NCBI GenBank assembly: GCA_963799845.1
Contig: CAWCYI010000002.1
Location: 1 to 36,319, forward strand
Direction of reading: 5' to 3'
Source: an uncultured Nitrososphaerota archaeon
Lineage (GTDB): Archaea > Thermoproteota > Nitrososphaeria > Nitrososphaerales > CADDZS01
Length of the DNA stretch: 36,319 bases
Positions within the stretch are counted from its first letter, which is position 1. Each line of letters begins with the position of its first letter. This document shows positions 9,938 to 19,552 of the stretch, piece after piece. The notes under the pieces are model-generated. The model was not told where the DNA came from and ran no database searches. It worked only from the letters and a program-made list of their open reading frames with translations. Made by a program: the position numbers and the translations under genes.

Positions 9938-10819
9938 TCAGATACCCCGCAATGTAGAGAATTTCACCGAAATGGTGGGAGCCTTAATCTTTGGAATGGG
10001 AATTGGGACTGAGAAAACAGGAATAATAGTTGTTTCAAATAATAGTTGTTTCAAATAATAGTTGTTTCAAAAAAAGGAAATTCGATACTGAGCTCATCCA
10101 ATAAGAAATCTTTCTTTCTTGCAATATCACGGACCCAGGCTGCATAAATGAAAAATCGATTCAAATATTTTTGCGACAAATTTGAGAAGTGTATTTGCAG
10201 CTTTCTTTAGCGCTGATACAAGATTCTCCCTCAACGCTTCGGTAGATGTATTAATTATTTCTTTGATCGAGTCTTTGAGTTCTTCTCCGGCGCCGACGGC
10301 AAGGTTCTTGACTTTGGTGAGAGATGTTTCAACAAAGTCTCTTGCAGACATAGCGAAACACTTGATGAGGTCAAAATTCGTGCCCTTTGCAAGATCTTCA
10401 GCGATCATTTTGAATTCTTCCGAAATTGCTTGAGCGTAATTCGACACAAGCAGAAAATCTGACGCGCTGCCAGCAATGCTCCCCTCATCCATTTTATCTC
10501 TCGCTAAAGGAATGAGGGCATCAGCTTCCAACTTGTCTTTTTCAAATTCACTGTAGAACCTTTGGATCTGCCTTGGCAGTTGGAAGAGCCGTCATATAGT
10601 CAACTATCGAGGAGCTGTAAGAGGAAATATTTGCTGATCCGAGAGCTTGGTAAACCGGCGAAATAGTTCCCGCTTGGAAATTAGCACCTTCGGCGATAAA
10701 GCGCGGTTCTGAGTAGCTGATCGTGAATATTGGCTGATCCTTTAGGAGCTCTCCCGCTTTCTCTACGTGTGTAGCAAATCTTCGGGTCAGCTTCTCAAAT
10801 CGTTGGGCTTATTAGACAT
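9938..10819 (-). pseudogene. Hypothetical helical protein broken by about three frameshifts and an internal 16-bp triplication
   Basis: Reconstructable as MSNKAQRFEKLTRRF...LEADALIPL (ORF 10127..10531)...WVRDIARKKDFLLDELSIEFPFFETTIIPVFSVPIPIPKIKAPTISVKFSTLRGI*. TATA-like TTTAATA lies upstream of ATG 10819. Confidence 0.55.
10022..10069. repeat. Perfect tandem repeat, 3 x 16 bp AATAATAGTTGTTTCA
   Basis: Read directly: copies at 10022-10037, 10038-10053 and 10054-10069. Confidence 0.98.
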
Positions 10820-11021
10820 CGACGTTGGACAATCAACGAGACAAGTATTAAACAAAATACTACATCGACTTTTTTAGAAAGTTGTTAGTGTTCATGCCAG
10901 GATGGATGGAGCTTGCAAACAATGGGCGCATTTATGATGATACTCAATATCACAGCCCAAGCTATCATGAGGGGCTCGTATCATTGCCCCAGGCTTACTA
11001 TTTGCTTGCTAGATTATTTGG

Positions 11022-11714
11022 ATGCAAAGAAATTTAATGGTTCGCAAGTCTAGGCCGAATATGAGTTTCCACGGCCCTGCCTTGTTGCAGACTTTATTTC
11101 GAATTGATCAAACTTCTTTGTATTCTAGTATCGCCGTAATGGTGCTCCAGCCGATTTCTTCTCACATTGCAATTCCCACAAGTTCCTTAACTTCTTCCAC
11201 AAACAGTTTACTCAATTGTTTCTCAGAAATTCAAGCAAAAAGGCTCAGTCTTAACTCAAATAAGGCGGTGGCGTTAGCGAACACTTCCTCTGACTTCATC
11301 CAAAACGCTGCGGCCTACTCAAGCGTTTCATATAGCAGCATTTTCGATGAGCGGTCTTTTACGACTAGTTGTGTTGTGACTTGGCTGGATGTCAATGTCG
11401 TGTTTGCATTACACAACAGTAGTGGATTCGCAGGATGGTTGGTGGTAAGCGAAAGCCCTGACTTGTCCCATGTCCTTGGGTTTAACATTCAACACAATGG
11501 AGTTGCGGGTTCAACAAGAGATTCCACTAACTGGGCGGGGTGGGAATTCTACGGCAAAGACATTCACGGCAATACAGCACCAATTTACGAAGCGGAGGCC
11601 GATTATTCTCAGCCCACTCCTTCAAATCCAGATATAACTTGCCACAACTACTATAGCTGTCTTGTTTTTGCGTCCAGAATCCCGGTTCATTCCGCTTCTC
11701 GTTTTCTTCATTGA
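11022..11714 (+). pseudogene. Truncated G1 (eqolisin) glutamic peptidase precursor
   Basis: Pro-region followed by STNWAGW..IYEAEADYSQP..C..SC, but it breaks off before the WVG/QTG/ER motifs. Architecture parallels 32537..33775. Confidence 0.6.
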
Positions 11715-11983
11715 TATTCTCGGTGAAATCCGGTCTGCTGAAATCTAGCACGTACATGTTCGCTCTCGGGTAATCACCGTTGTTGTATCGTTCCTTTAGT
11801 CTGTAGTAGAATTCATACAACACCCTTGAATGAAGCAGGGTGTGCTCCAAGTTCATGTTGATGTATGCTTGGGCGCCAATCGGGAACATACACCATGGAA
11901 AGCGTGCGGCAGTTGACTAGCTCCTTGACTTCGTAATTGAAATGGTCCGTGATTATCTCTCGAAGTCTCTCCTTCGCGTACAT
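11700..11983 (-). pseudogene. HEPN-like protein N-terminal fragment, frameshifted and truncated
   Basis: From ATG 11983: MYAKERLREIITDHFNYEVKEL..(frameshift)..INMNLEHTLLHSRVLYEFYY..DYPRANMY. The HxxYE / LExxLLHxRxLxEF pattern recalls HEPN-like families; no RxxxxH motif is visible. Confidence 0.45.
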
Positions 11984-12143
11984 GCCCTACGCTGGTGAAA
12001 GATCGACATTTAGAGTTTCGATTCTCCGGGAGGTTTGGGGCGTAAATTCGTTTCGAGCTACTGTGTTGTTTTGTCATTTGCTCGTCTGTTAACTATTGCT
12101 CAGGAGCAGATTTGAGCAACTGAGCAGCAAATCCCACGATCGG

Positions 12144-13481
12144 TTAGATGTAATACTTGAATATCTTGCCCTCTTTTCGTCTTCGAATGATGTGACGATT
12201 TGACAGATCCCTGAGAATCTTGTCGACTTGCGGGCGCGAAAGCTGCGAAGCTTTTTGCAAGTCCGAAGATGAAGGTGAGCTTTCTCCAACTTCTTCCAAA
12301 GCCTCGAAGACCTTGAGCTCATTCGGTTCGAGCGCTTCGCTAAGATGAGTTATGCTTCTTGACTGGGCTTTCTGAACCTGAGCCTGTTTGACGGGGATTT
12401 CATTCTCGATTACAGCCTCCGTCAGCGAATTTGCTGCCAAACGCAAGCCATCTTTCAGGAGACCATCCGAATACTTGTAAATAACGTCGACAGCCTTTTC
12501 TTCAAAAGTAGAATTCAGCGATGACTTGTTGTTTTCTAGCTTTATGCGTTTGTCAAAGATTCTTTTCATTTCTTGAAGAGAGACCTGTTCCACGAGGATC
12601 ATGGAATCAAAAACCCCTCGTATTACATTGCTTTTTTTGCTAAGTTCAGTTGAACCTGCGACAATGAACATTTGTTTGTCAGATAGGAAGAATATGCCGC
12701 GCGTGATAGTAAGCATGGCTACGACCTTGTTTACTTCTCCGATGTGATCTGCTTCGTCGAGTCCTATCGCAATTCCCTCATAACCTATTTTCTCAACGGC
12801 TTGAATCATTTCTTGAAAGTATGATTCGACAACTTTCGCAGGCAAACTTTCCACGGTGCTCTTGAATTTCGTCTCTGTAGTTTCTTCATTCTCCACATTT
12901 CCGCTAATAGATCCCCCCGGGACCGCGCCTGTTCCAAGACTACCTCCGATGGATCCGATGGTAGTCTTACTAAGCGTGGTCTCCTGCTCAAAGGGGCCGA
13001 TCAGCCTCGCCATATAATCGTAAAAATCATCAGACCTTCTCTTTTCGACAAGCCATCGTTTAATTGCGTCAAGCGGACGAGTAATTTTCCTTTGTTTTAC
13101 TTCGTGCACAATTTCCATACACACTGAGTACAGAATCTCTTGAACAGCGCGCTCGACGTTCTGCTCGCTCATCAGTATTCGAAGTGACAAATATTTCTTA
13201 TTTGTACGCGCGACATAGAGCAACATGTTGAGTATGGAGGACTTGCCTGAACCTACCTCACCATAGATCAGAATTCGTCTTCCTGAACCTAACGCTTTGA
13301 TGGCATCTTCGGCCGCTGGAGTTCGAACAAATAGCTCTCTATCCCTCTTGCAGATCACGTCGTTAGTAGGATCAGAAAATAGAGGATAGATCGAAAAAGG
13401 ATTGGTCTTGAAGCCGAATTTCTCAAATTTCGGTTCAAGCTTCAATAGGCCGGCGAACTCATCATGCGAGTTGTTGCTCAT
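12144..13481 (-). CDS. AAA+ P-loop ATPase with C-terminal winged helix (Cdc6/Orc1-like architecture)
   Basis: FGFKTNPF, FVR, Walker A GEVGSGKSS, Walker B IGLDEAD, sensor region SDGLLKDGLRL, C-term LQKASQLSRPQVDKILRDLSNRHIIRRRKEGKIFKY. Start ATG 13481 is preferred over 13523. Confidence 0.85.
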   Translation of the reverse strand: MSNNSHDEFAGLLKLEPKFEKFGFKTNPFSIYPLFSDPTNDVICKRDRELFVRTPAAEDAIKALGSGRRILIYGEVGSGKSSILNMLLYVARTNKKYLSLRILMSEQNVERAVQEILYSVCMEIVHEVKQRKITRPLDAIKRWLVEKRRSDDFYDYMARLIGPFEQETTLSKTTIGSIGGSLGTGAVPGGSISGNVENEETTETKFKSTVESLPAKVVESYFQEMIQAVEKIGYEGIAIGLDEADHIGEVNKVVAMLTITRGIFFLSDKQMFIVAGSTELSKKSNVIRGVFDSMILVEQVSLQEMKRIFDKRIKLENNKSSLNSTFEEKAVDVIYKYSDGLLKDGLRLAANSLTEAVIENEIPVKQAQVQKAQSRSITHLSEALEPNELKVFEALEEVGESSPSSSDLQKASQLSRPQVDKILRDLSNRHIIRRRKEGKIFKYYI

Positions 13482-13653
13482 CTGCTCGTACATGCTTATG
13501 AGCAGATGTGAGCAGATAAGCATTTTCCTTTTTGTAATCGAGATACCTTCGAGACGTATATGAAAAGTGGCAGAGATCTTAGGCGGGTCTATCGTTCAAT
13601 TCTTCTTGTCATGAGATTACTTGACAGCTCGAAAATTTTCGAGGCGAGATGGG

Positions 13654-14277
13654 TCAAAGAACATCACCGTTGTCATAAACAGCTCTCGCAAATGGTCTGA
13701 TTGGAATGCCCAGATAATTGCAACATTGAACCACTAAATGAGAATTCTCTGGAATTCCGTATTTATCGAGGACTCTTCCAACCCAGCGATCAATAGGGAA
13801 TGCATCAATTTTGAGATAATCTCTCATGTAGCATTCTACAATTTTTGTCTCCGATGTCTGAAAGATGTCCATGAGGGTTTGCCGGCAGTTCAAAATAATC
13901 CATCCCCTTTAGTTGCCCATTCAATGTTACTAGATTTATTTTCTGACCTTAAGATGTTGAACCATCCTGATTAGCCATTCTTTTTGCCAACGCAACGGAT
14001 AGCCTAGAGTAATCTGATCAGAAAGAGATCTTCGAGCGATTTGGACAATCTCGCAAAATTTGATTTGGTTTTCGACCACATGTCTTCAGATCTCTTATCG
14101 GGGCCATGGACCCCTGCATAGAGTTGCAAGAAGTTCGTAGTCAGGTTTAGGAAGATTGTACCAAACACCCTTAAGCCAATTTTTATCATCATATCTAGAA
14201 ATTCCGGGAGGAGTGTGACTCGCCACCACATTTACCCGGGTCCAAAGTTTCGAGACATTGTTACATTGAGCGTTCAT
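13654..14277 (-). pseudogene. HhH-GPD DNA glycosylase-like protein, multiply frameshifted
   Basis: ORF pieces 14095..14277, 14004..14231 and 13654..13893 chain together. C-terminal KIVECYMRDYLKIDAFPIDRWVGRVL resembles the FP(V/I)D motif of OGG1/AlkA/Nth-type enzymes. Confidence 0.5.
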
Positions 14278-14482
14278 TTACGAAACGGTAGCACTCCAAT
14301 TGCAATATAAGTTTCTTATCAGGTTGCTAAAAGAATTCATGAGGAATATCTCTTCTCTGATATTTTTCCCGAATTCATTTCTTACGTTTAAGGGGAGAAA
14401 CTGGTGAGGACCCACGCACATTAGACACACCCCCAATATGGAGAACCTTTTACTGCAAGCAGTGGAGGTCCAAGATAGAAGC

Positions 14483-14776
14483 ATGCCAAGAAACTCGAGG
14501 TGGAGTCCTGATGACAAGATCAGGATAGTTCTTGAATCTTTGAACACCAACATCTCCATGTCCGAGCTCTGCAGGAAGTACAACCTCACTCCAGGGACAT
14601 TCTACCAGTGGAGGGAGAAATTCATTCACGGTGGAAAGCTTGCCCTCACTGGAGGTCTGAAGGATCCGGGGAAGGAGAAGGATCTAGAAGTGGAGCGATT
14701 GAAGAAGCTCATTGGAGAACTAACAATCGCAAACGACGCGATGAAGCAGGTACTGCAGGGATCGGGGAAAAAATGA
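14483..14776 (+). CDS. IS3 OrfA (HTH transposase subunit)
   Basis: WSPDDKIRIVLESL..SMSELCRKYNL...FYQWREKF, followed by coiled coil EVERLKKLIGELTIAND. Confidence 0.9.
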   Translation: MPRNSRWSPDDKIRIVLESLNTNISMSELCRKYNLTPGTFYQWREKFIHGGKLALTGGLKDPGKEKDLEVERLKKLIGELTIANDAMKQVLQGSGKK

Positions 14777-15603
14777 GCGTCGCAATAATGGTTAACAGGG
14801 GACTCAGCTTGAGGAAAGCACTCAGGTCTATCGGCTCTTCTCAGGGAGCGTATTACTACAGGCATCGCACAAGGCAGGATAAGGGGAAGCTCCGAGATCC
14901 ATCTATCATCTTGACAGTCAGAGACATTGCTCTAAAGAAGCCCATGTACGGAACGAGGATGATGGCAGCTCTCCTCTCAAAAGAACTTCGAAGACCAGTT
15001 AATAGAAAGCAAGTGCAGCACGCCTACCGCATGATGGGCTGGATCACGCCTCAATTGACGAGGAACGAAGTACTGAAATCTGTCTCGGATAGGATTCCGA
15101 AACCAAATGGAATAAACCAGTCATGGCAGACAAATCTCACATACATCCGCTGCGGAATAGATGGCTTTGGTTACCTGTTCAATGTCATTGACGTTTATTC
15201 AAGAGAATGGCTCGGATACATCTTTGACGGTTTTGCACGTAAGGAGAATGCGATACAGGCTGTCGTAAAAGCTCTTGAGAAGCATCCCGAAGCTTCTGGA
15301 AAAGTAACGCTATACAGCGACAACGGATCGCAGTACATCAGTGAGATATTCAAGCAGTCGATGAAGGTTTTAGGCATTAAGCATAGATACATCGCCTACA
15401 ACACTCCTGAGCAGAATGGAACGATCGAATCGTTCCACGGGCGATTCAAGCGTGAATATGTTTGGCCGTACGATTTTAGATCCTTCCAGGAAGCTGACCT
15501 CCATATCGCAGAAGCCTTCATTGATTACAACGAGAGGAGACCTCACTCCGCGCTCGGTTACATGAGCCCATACGAATTCGTTTCCAGGATAGTAGTGAAA
15601 TAG
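14773..15603 (+). CDS. IS3 OrfB (rve integrase core); first DDE Asp replaced by Asn
   Basis: PMYGTRMM, WQTNLTY, VIDVYSRE, SDNGSQY, PEQNGTIESFHG, YNERRPHSALGYMSP. It lies in the -1 frame with an ATGA overlap and a GGGGAAAAAA run at 14764-14773. Confidence 0.9.
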   Translation: MSVAIMVNRGLSLRKALRSIGSSQGAYYYRHRTRQDKGKLRDPSIILTVRDIALKKPMYGTRMMAALLSKELRRPVNRKQVQHAYRMMGWITPQLTRNEVLKSVSDRIPKPNGINQSWQTNLTYIRCGIDGFGYLFNVIDVYSREWLGYIFDGFARKENAIQAVVKALEKHPEASGKVTLYSDNGSQYISEIFKQSMKVLGIKHRYIAYNTPEQNGTIESFHGRFKREYVWPYDFRSFQEADLHIAEAFIDYNERRPHSALGYMSPYEFVSRIVVK

Positions 15604-16107
15604 AAAATGACAGAAAATATCATGCGCTCAAACGAGCCAAAAGTGTGTCTAAAAGATGGGGTCCAGATCAAAACAGTGATAGTACAATCCCACAAAGAGG
15701 TACGATTCTACTATGATAGATAGATCCAGAAGAAGATTTCATATTCGCGGATTGTAGATCTGTTATAGAAATAGATTTCTTTTCTGCACTTTCTTCTACG
15801 GCAAATAGCGAATTTTCAGGATATATCCAGCTTTGATGGAGCGTCGAAGCAGTAGGGTCTAAGGCCACATCCCAAGAGGTCATGATAAAAGAAGCGATAA
15901 ACGTCGTGACAAAGGTCTGAAAGCGCACTGGAATAGCGACGCACATCTCCAAAAAGAATCGTCGAGAGCGTCCAGACGAGGTAGCCAACAGAGAAGTCAA
16001 TTCTGAGATCGGCTTAATCTAAAGGTTTTCAACAGATGGGGTTCCGACCGACAACGGGATTCCCTTCCATCCAACAGTATACGGGGCCTGATACGGTGCC
16101 TGAATAA

Positions 16108-16389
16108 TTGTCCGTGTTACCTATCGGCAATGTTGACCTGAATGGAATATCCTGGGCGATTGTCGGCGGTGAGAGCGGTCCCAAGCATCGACCAATTTTG
16201 GTAGATTGGATCAGAGAAGTTAGAGATCAATGCCGAAAACAGAAGGTGGCATTCTTCTTTAAACAGTGGGGAGGACGCACTCCAAAAGCGGGAGGAAGAA
16301 TGCTGGACGGCCGAACATGGGATGAATACCCCGGCTATGTTCCAAATTATACCCGTAGACCAATTCAGATGCTCGTTATGAATCGTTAG
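16108..16389 (+). pseudogene. DUF5131 (phage Gp37/Gp68-like) C-terminal fragment
   Basis: ISWAIVGGESGP..RP..DWIREVRDQC..VAFFFKQWGG..KAGGRMLDGRTWDEYP. The N-terminal Cys-motif part is absent. Confidence 0.85.
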
Positions 16390-16769
16390 GGCGTCGTCAT
16401 TAGCTGAAAACTAGACCGGGTTGTTTATTGCCCGTGATTCTTGGAACCCATGAATCCTCAGTGTCGGGGATTCGAGAGCATATTTCCCAGGGGCGTGTTT
16501 CCTAAATGCTCTCTGGCGAACTTAAAACCCGCCGAGAGTGGCCAGTACGGCCGCTCCGATCGCTTCTATCGCGTTACTAATTGCGAATGGTAAGACTTGG
16601 AGGGTACATTACCTGCGTTGGAATATTCCAAGCTTCGAAATATGCGGCTCCATAAATGGAATAGTTCAGATTCACCCAGGCTGGATCTAGAAAGAAAGAA
16701 ATCAATCGCTGCGGCAACGACTAACCAGATTACAAAGTAGGTGCTAACCATCAATCATGTTCTCCTCCA

Positions 16770-16967
16770 TCACAAACCCGTCGCTAGGAAAAACAAGAAG
16801 AGGATTAGCACGATTACACCAGTTACTCTAATGTCTCTGGTGAAGCCGAACCCCACGATTGCGGCGAAAACCCCAACTATGTTGATCATTATTGCAGCGA
16901 TTTCCGTTGCGTCTTGAAAAGTGGAATACGTTGAAACTGCCGTACTTGCCGGCTGAGGCTCCATCAT
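16770..16967 (-). CDS. Small two-TM membrane protein
   Basis: Two hydrophobic segments. A GGAGG motif follows, then a second short hydrophobic ORF (16566..16754). Confidence 0.5.
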   Translation of the reverse strand: MMEPQPASTAVSTYSTFQDATEIAAIMINIVGVFAAIVGFGFTRDIRVTGVIVLILFLFFLATGL

Positions 16968-17199
16968 GCGGTTCTAGTCCTGAGTTAAGCTTTTTGCAAA
17001 CTCCTATCAAAGACAAAGTAGGGCAAAACAAATGCGCCAGAAACTGAAAGAATATACACTTTGTCTCTCACCGCGAAACTCCTCGGTTATGGTGTAAAAC
17101 GGCTTGGTGAAATATATTGCCACCTTTATCAGGAAATCAGAACTTTCTACAGCTCCAAGAATCTCGGTGATTGCATCTAGAAATTAGTTTTGACCCCCT

Positions 17200-17832
17200 C
17201 TAATCCTGACTCTTGCTCAGGATTGATCGGACGGCCCTGACTTCCGATTCCCTAATTCGACTTTTGCGCGGTCTTCGCCCATATCTCCAAGTTAGAGCAA
17301 AAATAACGAGCGAGGTAAAACCGAGAAGTAAAATAAATGTAAGATCAAGTTCAGAAGAAAACACCGATCCGGCTTCTACCAAGACGGAAGCCGATATATG
17401 AGGAAAGCCAAAGAAAGCGCCAAACCCCAACCAATCACTGTCAACGTCGCAAGTTGGATCTTCTTTTTCAATAGCTCAAAAGATTTCTTGGAGATGAAAT
17501 TCTTCATATCGACCTTTTCAGTTATTTCGGAAGAAATTAGAACAATTGCCAGACGCGATATTTTGTAATGCCTTGGGTTCCTACCTCTGAGCGAGTCAAC
17601 TATCAAGCAAATCCTTTTCGATCAGTTTTGTCGACTCCAATCTACCTAGATGAATGAAAACATCTTGCACTGAGAGCCCGGTCAGGGATGATGCATGCTG
17701 TTCTATTTTTGGGGCGAAGAAGGATGAGCGGAAGCCAGAATTCTTGGCAACCACGTGTTCACGATGTAAGGAGGGATCATTGAAATATTTTCGCGTCTCG
17801 TTAAATATGAAATCCTTGAGACTTTTTATCAT
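17200..17832 (-). CDS. Putative membrane-tethered wHTH protein (~210 aa, two frameshifts)
   Basis: Overlapping ORFs 17596..17832, 17376..17606 and 17200..17430 chain. TGLSVQDVFIHLGRLESTKLIE..GRNPRHYKIS is wHTH-like, followed by two TM segments and a basic tail. Confidence 0.45.
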
Positions 17833-19204
17833 CAGTCTGGACTGGCTGTCCCGCTAGACTTCTTTGATGTTGGAGAAAGCCAGCCAAGCGATCGACAGCG
17901 GCATCAATCTGACTTGCCGGTCCGCTGAGAACCTGTCTACTTCTTGCTGCCACGACGCTCGCTTCATCTTCTGCCATCGACTCCAAGGCGTGCGAAAGAG
18001 AAATCATCGAAGCTTCATGATCGGTCAGAGTCCGTAACTGAGCAGGTTGAAATTGTGTAATGGTTGGTGGCTTTAGGCTTACCAGAGTGTCCGCTCGATA
18101 TTGCGACGAGATTGAGTCGACGAAACTGTTAGCCTTTGCAGTTCTCTCCCCTAGAGGTCCGAGATTCCATTTGTCACTGATATATCTTAGAAGACTTGTG
18201 TGATCAAAGATTTTAGAATTAACAGTGTTTTGAACCAGCGGAGAAACTAAAATCGCCGGAACGCGAACTCCCAATCTGTCAAATGTCCACTCTTCTTGAT
18301 GATGATCTGGAGGAACAGCGGATGGTGGCGCTATATGGTCGAAGAAACCGCCGTGCTCGTCAAAAAGAATGATGAGTAAAGACGATTTCCAGAGTGTATC
18401 ACTAGCTCGAAGTGTGTTGTAAACGCTCCTAACCAAGTCCTCTCCATCAAAGACATCGTGAGGCGGATGATAGTCGTTAGCTCCTGGCGGCAGGTAACTT
18501 GGTTCGATCCAAGCAAAATCAGGAAAGTTTTCAGGATGGTTTACATCAAATGAGAATTCCAACATCGGTCTGTGCCGCGCCGCGTTTTGAGGTTCCCACT
18601 GATGCACAAGTATCGTCGAGACTGGAACGTCTCCGAAGTAGACTTTCCAGCTGATTTCCTTTTCATTTAGGCGATCGAATATCGTCGTCTGGTCGTACCA
18701 ATGAAGATTCAAGTCCATAATGCCACCCGGCATTGTAGCTCTGCCGAGAGAGGTTCCAGACATAGCGAAAAGCCTGTTAGGCCATGTCGGTCCTGGAAGT
18801 GAGGAGAACCATCTGTCGCACACAGTAAATTCTGTCGCAAGCTGATGCAAAGCGGGCAAGCTGTTGTAAGGATAGTACGTCATTACCTGTCCAGCTTGGT
18901 CTTTGGTCATCTGCGGATAAGATTGCCAATAGTTCTTGATGAAGCCGCCCATCTCATTACCTTTCTCATCTTTTCTTATCTGGACCAAGCTATCGGATAG
19001 ATCGTGATTTGGATCCGGTGTAACAACTCTAGTATCCTTCGGAGTTTCAGGAAAATCCATTCCAGAATAACTGTTTACAAAAGACGAATTGGATTCTATT
19101 CCGTCTATTTTCTTTACTTGCGCGACCGAACCGAGTATGTGGTCGAAGGAGTTATTTTCAAGCATGAGAACAATGACATGCTTTATCGGATCGTCTTGAG
19201 TCAT
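17801..19204 (-). CDS. Phosphoesterase (phospholipase C / AcpA family)
   Basis: IKHVIVLMLENNSFDH, DRWFSSLPGPTWPNR, HPPHD, FDEHGGFFDH, RLGVRVPAILVSP, FDHTSLLR. No signal peptide. Confidence 0.92.
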   Translation of the reverse strand: MTQDDPIKHVIVLMLENNSFDHILGSVAQVKKIDGIESNSSFVNSYSGMDFPETPKDTRVVTPDPNHDLSDSLVQIRKDEKGNEMGGFIKNYWQSYPQMTKDQAGQVMTYYPYNSLPALHQLATEFTVCDRWFSSLPGPTWPNRLFAMSGTSLGRATMPGGIMDLNLHWYDQTTIFDRLNEKEISWKVYFGDVPVSTILVHQWEPQNAARHRPMLEFSFDVNHPENFPDFAWIEPSYLPPGANDYHPPHDVFDGEDLVRSVYNTLRASDTLWKSSLLIILFDEHGGFFDHIAPPSAVPPDHHQEEWTFDRLGVRVPAILVSPLVQNTVNSKIFDHTSLLRYISDKWNLGPLGERTAKANSFVDSISSQYRADTLVSLKPPTITQFQPAQLRTLTDHEASMISLSHALESMAEDEASVVAARSRQVLSGPASQIDAAVDRLAGFLQHQRSLAGQPVQTDDKKSQGFHI

Positions 19205-19552
19205 CTACTGAGCTCATTGGAGTGATGATCTCTGAGTCAGTTATATGCTGTTCGAAAATAAGATAAAAAACCCCTGGTATCGCGTAATCCTAATAGCTTA
19301 GTCTACAACATCTGCTCCATCCAGCAGTTTCTTACAGAACTATTGAGAGGAATATTACTGTTTCCGCTATATTGTAGTTACACTTAGTTACTATCAGGAA
19401 TAGTAGTTTTTCATTCCTGACGGGCTTTTACTCTCGACTGGAGAATATGTTCATGCCTCAACCTTTCCAATCCTGCCGGATTACGCAATTTGTAAACCCT
19501 CGGAGAATTTTAATCCCCAAATTGACAATAGAGATTCCAAGCTAGTTGTTAA

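Larger units (their letters stand above)
14402..15670 (+). mobile_element. IS3-family insertion sequence, 1269 bp, with 4-bp target duplication AAAC
   Basis: TG...CA ends. Left IR TGGTGAGGACCCACGCACATTAGACACAC vs right IR (reverse complement) TGATCTGGACCCCATCTTTTAGACACAC. AAAC at 14398-14401 and 15671-15674. orfA/orfB organisation. Confidence 0.93.

Noticed and set aside
10022-10069. CRISPR array (contains GTTTCAA)
   Set aside because: The units are contiguous with no spacers and only 16 bp long; no cas genes in the window.
14608-14772. Extended N-terminus of IS OrfB
   Set aside because: This is the -1 frame overlapping orfA; OrfB starts at ATG 14773 or is reached by frameshift.
14278-16000. 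Minus-strand ORF rejoined in frame after removing the IS (15668..16000 plus 14278..14401)
   Set aside because: The join is in frame, but the product has no recognisable motifs and looks like a shadow ORF; I cannot tell which strand, if any, was coding.
19375-19420. TAGTTAC direct repeat and TCAGGAAT-N11-ATTCCTGA inverted repeat
   Set aside because: Present in the sequence but short and single; could be chance and cannot be assigned to a regulator.
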